Part shown: one piece after another, positions 8,525-16,062 of the stretch
Position numbering within the stretch: position 1 is the stretch's first letter
How the letters are laid out: every line of letters begins with the position of its first letter
NCBI GenBank assembly: GCA_964409875.1
Contig: CAYPEN010000003.1
Location: 557 to 64,556, forward strand
Direction of reading: 5' to 3'
Source of the DNA: an uncultured Gammaproteobacteria bacterium
Lineage (GTDB): Bacteria > Patescibacteriota > Microgenomatia > Levybacterales > GWA1-39-11
Length of the DNA: 64,000 nucleotides
The notes under the pieces: model-generated
What the model was told of the DNA's origin: nothing
The model's database searches: none
What the model saw: only the letters and a program-made list of their open reading frames with translations
Program-made: the position numbers and the translations under genes

Positions 8525-9241
8525 TTATTTCACTAATTGTTTTAACTTTTCAATCTCCCGTCCTTCAAGTTCCCTATATTCTCCCTCTTTCAATCCTTCA
8601 AGTGTTAGGTTGCCAAATTTTATTCTTTGAAGATCGAGAAGAGTTAGTTTTAAAGCTTCACACATTCTTCTTACTTGACGTTTTTTTCCCTCATAAATTG
8701 TCAATTCAATAATTGTTGCATCTTTCCTCCTTTGAATAATTACAACTTTTGCCGGCGCAGTCACCCCATCTTCTAATTGAATTCCGTTTTCCAGCTGTTT
8801 AAGCTGTTCTTGGTTCACATTTCCTTTTATTGCCAGCTGATACGTTTTGGGGAGGTGGTATTTTGGATGTATAAGCATATTTGTCAGTTCACCATCGTTA
8901 GTCAAAATAAGTAGGCCATGTGTATTTCGGTCAAGTCTGCCGACAGGAAATATTCGCGTGTCTGTTTTTATTAGCGACACAACATTTTTTCTTCCGAATT
9001 CATCTGATGAGGTAGAAATGATGCCTCTGGGTTTATTGAGTAAATAGTATTCTTTTTTTGCTTTTTTCAGGCTTTGACCGTTCACTTTTATGTCGGCACG
9101 AATTGGTATTCGTTGACCATGCTCAGTAATTTTTATGCCATCGGCGGTCACTTTATGGCTCTTAATAAATTCCTCAACCCCCCTGCGGGAAGCAAGGCCA
9201 AGTGACGAAAGAAGTTTATCTGCACGGATTGTTTGTTTCAT
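8525..9241 (-). CDS. RsuA/RluB-family rRNA pseudouridine synthase with N-terminal S4 domain
   Basis: GRLDRNTHGLLILTNDG catalytic-Asp motif; N-terminal S4-like RADKLLSSLGLASRR. Confidence 0.8.
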   Translation of the reverse strand: MKQTIRADKLLSSLGLASRRGVEEFIKSHKVTADGIKITEHGQRIPIRADIKVNGQSLKKAKKEYYLLNKPRGIISTSSDEFGRKNVVSLIKTDTRIFPVGRLDRNTHGLLILTNDGELTNMLIHPKYHLPKTYQLAIKGNVNQEQLKQLENGIQLEDGVTAPAKVVIIQRRKDATIIELTIYEGKKRQVRRMCEALKLTLLDLQRIKFGNLTLEGLKEGEYRELEGREIEKLKQLVK

Positions 9242-9243
9242 AA

Positions 9244-10308
9244 TTAGCCTGTTATTTTATCAGCATAAGGTATTTTATGAACATAATAAGCCAGTCCGAA
9301 GGAAATGCCTGCGATAATTACGAACAATAGTGGGTCGAACAGGAAGTTTTTCAAAAGAATGCTTTCGTATTTTCCAATGAGCCCGTCAATTATATTGTCC
9401 CACAATAACGATTGGATGAGGACGTGAATAAAGAAGACAAAAAAAGATAGTTTTGACAATTCTATAAATAGACGACGGCGAAATTGGGTTTTTTCGAGAA
9501 GATAGAATAAGAGAGAGAAAAAATTCAACGTATAGAGATAATTCAAGGGACTATATTGATTATATATATATCGGGATGTATGCGCCTTTAATGTAATTGA
9601 TTGCACATGAAAGAAGATAAAAAATGGGAAGAGAAATAATGCTCCGGTAAATATGTATAAATACTTTTTTACAAAACCAAGAAGCCAATCTTTGTAGTGG
9701 CTTGCTACCATCCCCGTTATGAACATGGAAAAACTTAAGATTGCTATTCTTATGTCATACGAAAAATCCCATTGTTTGACATAGTAATCCTGAAATAGAA
9801 GTGCAAACTCCAATACCCAGATAAGAGAGAATACAATAGGATTTTTCAATATTTTTATTGCGAAGTGGAGGAAAGGGAATGCGAGATAAAAAAGTATAAG
9901 GGTTGGTATAAAGTAGAGATGATATGATGCATTCCCTAAAATAATTGACAAAAAAAACTTTGGGGTTAAAAGACTTTGTAGGGCAAAACCACTATTTACT
10001 ATAAAGTAAAGACAGGTCCAGAACAAATAAGGGATGATTATGCGGGAGGCTCTTTTTTTGAAAAAAATCATATAAGATAGTCCGTCTTTGTTATTAAGTT
10101 CCAGAACAAAACCTGATATGAGAAAGAAAAGAGGGACTGCAAACCGTGCACTTTGGTTAATAAATAGCGAAAATGGCGCTAGGGTAATATCTAGGTGTAG
10201 TGTTGCAAGAGTCTTTGTTGTGACGTGGATGAGAATTACGGCTAGTATAGCAATAACCCTTAATGCGTCGATAGAGAAAAGATAAGTGCGTTTATTTGAA
10301 TGGTCCAT
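9244..10308 (-). CDS. acyltransferase family 3 (OatA/OafA-like membrane O-acyltransferase); start moved to the internal Met at 10308
   Basis: FSIDALRVIAILAVILIHV hallmark and about 10 TM helices. The ORF-track N-terminus (to 10365) is translated through the intergenic repeat, so ATG 10308 (MDHSNKRTY) is preferred. Confidence 0.7.
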   Translation of the reverse strand: MDHSNKRTYLFSIDALRVIAILAVILIHVTTKTLATLHLDITLAPFSLFINQSARFAVPLFFLISGFVLELNNKDGLSYMIFFKKRASRIIIPYLFWTCLYFIVNSGFALQSLLTPKFFLSIILGNASYHLYFIPTLILFYLAFPFLHFAIKILKNPIVFSLIWVLEFALLFQDYYVKQWDFSYDIRIAILSFSMFITGMVASHYKDWLLGFVKKYLYIFTGALFLFPFFIFFHVQSITLKAHTSRYIYNQYSPLNYLYTLNFFSLLFYLLEKTQFRRRLFIELSKLSFFVFFIHVLIQSLLWDNIIDGLIGKYESILLKNFLFDPLLFVIIAGISFGLAYYVHKIPYADKITG

Positions 10309-10321
10309 TACATCCCCGTCT

Positions 10322-10467
10322 GTTTTCGAAAAGTAAGCAAAGCTTGCTTTTCGAAATATTAACAATATGTTTACTTATTTTTGGAAAGTAAGCAAAGCTT
10401 GCTTTCCAATATCTACTATATGCCTACTTGTTTTCGAAAAGTGAGCCAAAGTTTGCCCCAAAATGAT
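10322..10467. repeat. three imperfect direct repeats (period 56 and 52 nt), each with hairpin AAGCAA-agc-TTGCTT
   Basis: Copies at 10322-10359, 10378-10415 and 10430-10467 (the third degenerate). Copies 1 and 2 share GTAAGCAAAGCTTGCTTT. Confidence 0.6.
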
Positions 10468-10853
10468 GCCTTTTCCATTTTTTTATCCAACTGCCGGAGT
10501 TTCTCAATTTTTTTGTTATATTTTTCTTTCTTCTTATAATCTCTTGTACCGGGGAATGGTGGGTCAATCCACGCAGATAGTACTACCCATTCACCCAAAT
10601 CATTTTTTTTCCCGACTGCCGTTATAACACGTTCATTATGGTGCTTTATAAATTCGGTAGTGTATTTTTCTTTTCCCGCAGACGTCCTATCGGGTTGTCT
10701 TACCGCTTGCCATACCAAATCACCCGGAATTCCCCTTTGTTTCATTCTCTCAATTGCATGGTTTGTAAAGACGACATCATTGATTTTCATAAATCTATTA
10801 TATCTGCCTTTGCAGTTAAGCTCAAGTAAGCCCATTTGCATTCCAGATTTCAA
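10416..10853 (-). CDS. DUF4258-like small protein (toxin-like fold) with Lys-rich tail
   Basis: VVFTNHAIERMKQRGI matches the DUF4258 signature (F-T-x-H-A-x-x-R-M-x-x-R-G-I); the true start may be the internal Met (MKINDVV). Confidence 0.45.
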   Translation of the reverse strand: MKSGMQMGLLELNCKGRYNRFMKINDVVFTNHAIERMKQRGIPGDLVWQAVRQPDRTSAGKEKYTTEFIKHHNERVITAVGKKNDLGEWVVLSAWIDPPFPGTRDYKKKEKYNKKIEKLRQLDKKMEKASFWGKLWLTFRKQVGI

Positions 10854-10896
10854 ATGGTATACAATGGGTGAACTTTTGAGGTAATACTTTTAAATT

Positions 10897-11760
10897 ATGG
10901 TGCAAGATAAGTATTCGGCAGTTTGGGTATCACACACTTCGATATGCGATTTTTTAAATTGTCCACGGGCCTATTATTTGAAACATGTTTATAAAGATCC
11001 CAAAACAAATCATAAAATAAAACTTATGTCGCCGCCTTTAGCACTAGGTCAGGCGGTTCATGAGGTTATAGAGAATCTTTCGATACTTCCTGTGGATGAA
11101 CGATTCAATGAGCCTCTCATTACAAAATTTGAGCAAACATGGAAAAAAGTTTCTGGTAAAAGAGGCGGATTTATAAGTAATGAGGTAGAGCAGCGGTATA
11201 GGGCGCGGGGTGAAGAAATGTTAAGACGTGTAACAGACAATCCGGGTCCCATTGCAAAACAAGCAGTAAAGATTAAGATGGACCTCCCAAATTATTGGTT
11301 GTCAGAGGAAGAAAATATTATTCTATGCGGGAAGATTGATTGGCTAGAATACCTGCCGATAACAGATGCAGTTCATATTATCGACTTTAAAACGGGGAAA
11401 AATGATGAAGACGGAGATTCCCTACAATTACCTATTTATCTTCTCTTAGTTAGCAACTGCCAAAGTAGAAAAGTCGAAAAGGCAAGTTATTGGTATCTTG
11501 ATCGTAATGATGAATTGACACCATGTGACTTACCCAATGAGGAGGAGGCAAACAAAAAAATTCTTGAAGTTGCCAGAAAGATTAAATTAGCACGTGCGCT
11601 TGAGAAATATTCGTGCAAGATGGGGAGTGGGTGTTCTCACTGCAAATCCTACGAAGCGATTCTTCGAGGAGAGGCAGAATTAGTCGGAACTGATGAATAT
11701 AATGCAGATGTTTATATATTGGGTGGAGAGTCCGCAGAGACCGGAAGCGTTATCCTCTGA
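10897..11760 (+). CDS. PD-(D/E)XK nuclease, Cas4/RecB-like with putative 4Fe-4S cysteines
   Basis: N-terminal SHTSICDFLNCPRAYYL (Cas4/DUF83 motif), IIDFKTGK (D-x-K motif II), C-terminal CKMGSGCSHC cysteine cluster. Confidence 0.65.
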   Translation: MVQDKYSAVWVSHTSICDFLNCPRAYYLKHVYKDPKTNHKIKLMSPPLALGQAVHEVIENLSILPVDERFNEPLITKFEQTWKKVSGKRGGFISNEVEQRYRARGEEMLRRVTDNPGPIAKQAVKIKMDLPNYWLSEEENIILCGKIDWLEYLPITDAVHIIDFKTGKNDEDGDSLQLPIYLLLVSNCQSRKVEKASYWYLDRNDELTPCDLPNEEEANKKILEVARKIKLARALEKYSCKMGSGCSHCKSYEAILRGEAELVGTDEYNADVYILGGESAETGSVIL

Positions 11761-11813
11761 ATTGTTTTTTTTGTATTTTCAATTAAAATATAACTTGAGC
11801 TCATTTTCTTATT

Positions 11814-12701
11814 ATGCCAAAAAGGAGAGGAAGACCTCGTAAAAATAAAAATTCAAAGCATAGCCTCGCAACGGTGTTTATTTTGCTTCTGGTATTAGGT
11901 TCTTTTTCCTTTGGGGTTTTTCTCGGTTTTAAAAAAAGGGTTGTAGCTAAAAATATCATGCATGAAAGTAAGCAGGCGGCTTCCAAGATGTTTAATGTAC
12001 AACCTGTTCTACCAACGGCAAGCATTAATGTGCCAATCCTTGTATATCACTATGTGGAGTTTGTAAAGGATTCAAAAGACACAATTAGAAAGTCGCTAGA
12101 TATCATTCCCCCAATATTTGAAGCACAAATCAAGACGCTCAAGGATTTCGGCTACAATTTTATAACAGCATCAGAATTAGGTCAGTACTTAGACGGAAAA
12201 AAACAACTTCCTCAACGGCCCGTAATTCTGACGTTTGATGACGGGTATGCTGATTTTTACACCGATGTATTCCCTATTCTCAAAAAGTACAACGTTGCAG
12301 CAACAGAGTATGTGGTTTCGGGATTTTTAGACACGCCAAATTATATGACAACAGAGCAGGTAAAAGAAATTGCCCAGAGCGGTCTGGTTGAGATAGGAGC
12401 ACATACTGTTCACCACTTAAATTTGAAATCATTGCCACTTGAACATGCAAAGAAAGAAATTGAACAAAGTAAAGAAGATTTAGAGCAGCTGCTTGGAATA
12501 AAAGTTGTTTCTTTCGCTTATCCATACGGTGGGTTCAACGAACACCTTGCCGAGTTAGTAAAGAATGCGGGGTTTACAACTGGAGTTACGACAAAGGGGG
12601 GGAGCATTGTTAATCAAGAAAACAAATTCACTTTGTTTCGGGTTCATCCTGGGGCTTCGGTAGGAGAAAGCCTTATTCATGAGCTTGGGGCAAAATATTG
12701 A
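11814..12701 (+). CDS. polysaccharide deacetylase (NodB homology domain) with N-terminal TM anchor
   Basis: LTFDDGY and GAHTVHH motifs; N-terminal basic-hydrophobic anchor. Confidence 0.8.
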   Translation: MPKRRGRPRKNKNSKHSLATVFILLLVLGSFSFGVFLGFKKRVVAKNIMHESKQAASKMFNVQPVLPTASINVPILVYHYVEFVKDSKDTIRKSLDIIPPIFEAQIKTLKDFGYNFITASELGQYLDGKKQLPQRPVILTFDDGYADFYTDVFPILKKYNVAATEYVVSGFLDTPNYMTTEQVKEIAQSGLVEIGAHTVHHLNLKSLPLEHAKKEIEQSKEDLEQLLGIKVVSFAYPYGGFNEHLAELVKNAGFTTGVTTKGGSIVNQENKFTLFRVHPGASVGESLIHELGAKY

Positions 12702-12732
12702 CAAGACAAGTAATTCATTCTAAAGTGTATGT

Positions 12733-12918
12733 ATGAAGAGAAAAAAGTCCACAAAATCGTCAAGAAGAAAGTCAGATCTTTCCACCTCAAAAATTATGTT
12801 CTTGAGTATTATTCTTCTTTTTATAGTTTTTGAGGCTTTGTATATTGTAAAGGGACAAAATCAGCTTGCGAACAGTAACTCCGTACGCCAGGTGGCAGGA
12901 GTGAACACCTCAAAGTAG
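12733..12918 (+). CDS. small membrane protein
   Basis: 61 aa, K/R/S-rich N-terminus then one TM helix. Confidence 0.3.
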   Translation: MKRKKSTKSSRRKSDLSTSKIMFLSIILLFIVFEALYIVKGQNQLANSNSVRQVAGVNTSK

Positions 12919-12985
12919 GTTTTCATCTAGCAAATTCCATTGATTAATTTGGGAAAATCCGTATAATTTATTAGACGTTTTTTGT

Positions 12986-13177
12986 ATGAATCGCTTAAAG
13001 AAAGAAATTAGCTTGCTGCTTTTAAGAGCCAGTATACTCAAGGATTTATTTGGGTTTCTTTTTACTCATAAGCTATGGTGGGCAACCCCGTTGATTCTTT
13101 TATCAGTTGTTTTCATCATAATTTTCCTTTTCGGGCAGACAACAGGAGTTGGACCATTTATTTACCCCTTCTTTTAA
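12986..13177 (+). CDS. small membrane protein, DUF5989/SxtK-like (carbamoyltransferase-associated)
   Basis: HKLWWATPLILLSVVFIIIF...GVGPFIYPFF* matches the remembered DUF5989 C-terminal signature (WW..P......PFIY..F). Confidence 0.4.
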   Translation: MNRLKKEISLLLLRASILKDLFGFLFTHKLWWATPLILLSVVFIIIFLFGQTTGVGPFIYPFF

Positions 13178-13408
13178 ATGAAAAATGCATGGCAGAGATG
13201 GATGAGAATATCTAAAAAGGTAGTAGGTGTGCAAGCGACTATTGTTTTTGGGATTATTTTCTTGGTAATTATAACCCCCCTTTCATTGTTCTTAAAGCTT
13301 GTGAATAAGAACGTGTTTTTAGGAAGCGGCTACTCAAAAAGAGAAAATTCATTCTGGAGCAAAATGCCGAGAAAGACATACGACTTAAATTCTGCCCACA
13401 AACAATAA
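13178..13408 (+). CDS. small membrane protein, possibly SxtJ-like
   Basis: 76 aa, one TM; starts immediately after the in-frame stop of the previous gene and ends 5 nt before the carbamoyltransferase. Confidence 0.3.
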   Translation: MKNAWQRWMRISKKVVGVQATIVFGIIFLVIITPLSLFLKLVNKNVFLGSGYSKRENSFWSKMPRKTYDLNSAHKQ

Positions 13409-13412
13409 TTGC

Positions 13413-15116
13413 ATGTATATATTAGGCATTTCGTGTTATTTCCACGACAGCGCTGCGGTTCTTATCCGTGATGGCGAGGTTATTGCAGCAGCTCAAGAGG
13501 AGCGTTTTACCCGGGAAAAGCATGATTTTTCCTTTCCGCAAAAATCAATTGAGTTTTGTCTTAAGAAAGAGGGAATCACAGAGCAAGACCTCTCGTATGT
13601 CGTTTTTTACGAAAAACCATTCTTGAAATTTGAACGGATTTTCCTCAACGCGCTTGAATATGCTCCGTTATCCCTTAAATTTTACACGGAGTCGATGAAA
13701 AAATGGTTCTTTGAACATACATGGATAAAAACCCACATCGTTTCGTCTCTTAAAATTAATCCCTCAAAAGTTCTTTTCTCCGAGCACCATCTCTCGCATG
13801 CTGCAAGCGCTTATTATGTTTCACCTTATGAGAAGGCTGCGGTTTTGACACTGGATGGTGTTGGGGAGTGGACTACTGCAGCATGGGGTGTCGGGAATGG
13901 TTCGGATATCACACTCAAAGAGGAAATCCGTTTTCCGCATTCATTGGGTTTACTCTATAGTGCGTTTACGTACTTTTGCGGGTATGAGGTAAATGATGGT
14001 GAGTATAAATTGATGGGTCTTGCTCCCTATGGAAAACCCATATATGAAGAAAAGATAAGAAAACTTTTAAAATTTAAGGATGATGGAAGTTTTCAGATAG
14101 ACACATCATATTTCTCTTACCCATATTCTCTAGCAGGAGTTTACACCAAAAAATTTGAGGAGCTTTTTGGAAAACCAAATAAAACCCCCGATGAAATTGT
14201 TCCATACTACGCAGATATCGCGGCAAGTATTCAGAAGGTTCTAGAGGATATTGTCATTGATATCGCAAAATATGTCAGGAAAAAAAGTGGGTGTTCGTAT
14301 TTGTGTTTTGCCGGAGGGGTTGCTTTTAATAGTGTTGCAAATTACAAAGTTCTTCTGAAAGCCGGTTTTAAAGACGTGTATATCCAGCCGGCAGCGGGTG
14401 ATGCAGGCGGAGCTTTGGGGGCAGCAATGTGGGCATACTATGCAGTTCTCAAAAATAAAAAAAGACATGTTATGAATAACGCCTATTTAGGGGATGAAGA
14501 AAGTGAAGAGGTAATTATACAGACATTAAAAAAATTGAATGCACGATATACAAAAGTAAGTGACGAAAAATTGGTTGAACAAATTTCCGATAAATTGGCA
14601 AATAAAAAAGTAATCGGTTGGGTGCAGGGTAGATTTGAATGGGGTCCTAGATCCTTAGGCAACAGAAGCATCCTTGCCGATCCGAGGAGTTATGAGATGA
14701 AAGGAATTGTTAATAGCAAGATTAAGTTTAGGGAAGCTTTTAGGCCTTTCGCACCTTCTCTGCCTATGGAAAAAGCAACAAAATATTTCGACACTAAAAA
14801 AGAGCAGAGTTATCCATTCCGCTTTATGCTATATGTGGCGCCTGTAAAAAATGATAAGCGAAAGGAGTTGGGAGCAGTTACTCATGAAGATGGTACAGCG
14901 CGGCCGCAATTTGTCGATAAAAAAATCAATCCATTGTATCACAACCTCATTTCCGGGTTCGGTAAAAAAACAGGCACATCGGTTATCCTCAACACATCGT
15001 TTAATCTGAGAGGGGAGCCCATTGTTAATACGACTGAAGAAGCATATGCAACTTTTATGAAAAGCGGAATCGATACGCTCGTTGTTAAAAATTATATTAT
15101 CGAAAAAAGAAAATAG
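13413..15116 (+). CDS. NodU/CmcH-family carbamoyltransferase
   Basis: N-terminal ILGISCYFHDSAAVL...AAAQEERFTREK and full 567-aa two-domain layout typical of Carbam_trans_N/C. Confidence 0.85.
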   Translation: MYILGISCYFHDSAAVLIRDGEVIAAAQEERFTREKHDFSFPQKSIEFCLKKEGITEQDLSYVVFYEKPFLKFERIFLNALEYAPLSLKFYTESMKKWFFEHTWIKTHIVSSLKINPSKVLFSEHHLSHAASAYYVSPYEKAAVLTLDGVGEWTTAAWGVGNGSDITLKEEIRFPHSLGLLYSAFTYFCGYEVNDGEYKLMGLAPYGKPIYEEKIRKLLKFKDDGSFQIDTSYFSYPYSLAGVYTKKFEELFGKPNKTPDEIVPYYADIAASIQKVLEDIVIDIAKYVRKKSGCSYLCFAGGVAFNSVANYKVLLKAGFKDVYIQPAAGDAGGALGAAMWAYYAVLKNKKRHVMNNAYLGDEESEEVIIQTLKKLNARYTKVSDEKLVEQISDKLANKKVIGWVQGRFEWGPRSLGNRSILADPRSYEMKGIVNSKIKFREAFRPFAPSLPMEKATKYFDTKKEQSYPFRFMLYVAPVKNDKRKELGAVTHEDGTARPQFVDKKINPLYHNLISGFGKKTGTSVILNTSFNLRGEPIVNTTEEAYATFMKSGIDTLVVKNYIIEKRK

Positions 15117-15121
15117 TTAAA

Positions 15122-15718
15122 TTAGTCTGCTTTTGAGTAGACAACTGTCCTTTCAGTGTACATTTTTTTATTTTTGTCCCATACACCACCGCACGTTATA
15201 AGATTCAGTCTTTTTTCTTGTATTGTTTTGTCAAAAATTATATTAAGAGGAATACTTTCGACAGGATATGTTTCTACTTTTTCAACAAAAAAAGTAAGTT
15301 TATTCCCGCTCTCCGTTTTTATTTCAATAATATCGCCTTTCGTAAGTTTTCCGATGTTTGCAAAAACTGCAGGCAAGCCTGTTGGTGTATCCACGTGTCC
15401 GTCAATTACCGCGCTTCCCATTTCTCCAGGTTTTGGGCCAAGGCTATACCAGGCAGTATTCATGTAGTCTTTTGGAACATCCATATTTCCCTTTTCATCT
15501 ACGGTCACTGCTTCAATTTGCGCATTTACTCCCCATTTTGGAATTCGTATTTGAATGGGGCGTGATACTTGTGGGATAGGACTAGCAATTTTCGACGAAT
15601 GAGGGGTAATTTTTTGTATGCGTGCCTCTTTTAAAGGATGTTGTAATCCAGGAAGTGTAATATATGCTAATATTATTCCTGAGATTATTGCTACAATTAC
15701 AATTACCCCTCTTTTCAT
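15122..15718 (-). CDS. sortase (class E/F-like transpeptidase)
   Basis: N-terminal TM anchor, catalytic His in VIDGHVDT, TLxTC-type Cys in LNLITCGG, Arg downstream. Confidence 0.8.
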   Translation of the reverse strand: MKRGVIVIVAIISGIILAYITLPGLQHPLKEARIQKITPHSSKIASPIPQVSRPIQIRIPKWGVNAQIEAVTVDEKGNMDVPKDYMNTAWYSLGPKPGEMGSAVIDGHVDTPTGLPAVFANIGKLTKGDIIEIKTESGNKLTFFVEKVETYPVESIPLNIIFDKTIQEKRLNLITCGGVWDKNKKMYTERTVVYSKAD

Positions 15719-15727
15719 GTATTAAAT

Positions 15728-15912
15728 TTAGTAACCAAAACCGGTATTTGGTGCACCCGGCGTTGTGTTTGTGTTGCCCGTATTATTCTGAGTAGCACTA
15801 GTCGTTGGGCTTGGGCTTGGAGTGGTTGTGCTCGTTTGAGCCATCACTATATTTGCTGTTACTGCAAAAGCCACAGCTAAAGCGACAAACGATATAAGAA
15901 AAGTTTTTATCA
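15728..15912 (-). CDS. small secreted Thr/Ser/Pro/Asn-rich peptide (signal peptide plus 36-aa low-complexity mature part ending GAPNTGFGY)
   Basis: Strong SD GGAGGTGAGACT before ATG at 15912 (the ORF track extends further upstream); signal peptide MIKTFLISFVALAVAFAVTANIVMA; directly upstream of the sortase in the same operon. Confidence 0.45.
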
Positions 15913-16062
15913 TAGTCTCACCTCCTTCCATGTTGATATAAGAGTAATGAATAAGTTTATATTTTGGGGTAGAGTGAAATAATAATTTTGTAAGCAATAA
16001 ATTCTGCTTTGTGTATTTTAATATCCTTGAACATTGAGGCTTGTTAAGCTACAATTGAAGCT

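Noticed and set aside
10322-10467. Regularly spaced repeats that could be taken for a small CRISPR array
   Set aside because: Only three copies, a period of 52-56 nt with 38-nt units leaves 14-18-nt 'spacers', the units are imperfect and themselves palindromic, and no cas genes are present.
12986-13408. Two small ORFs in the same frame separated by one TAA, which could suggest a pseudogene or stop-codon readthrough
   Set aside because: The first ORF ends with the natural C-terminal motif of its family (PFIYPFF) and the second begins with its own Met; more likely two tightly packed genes.
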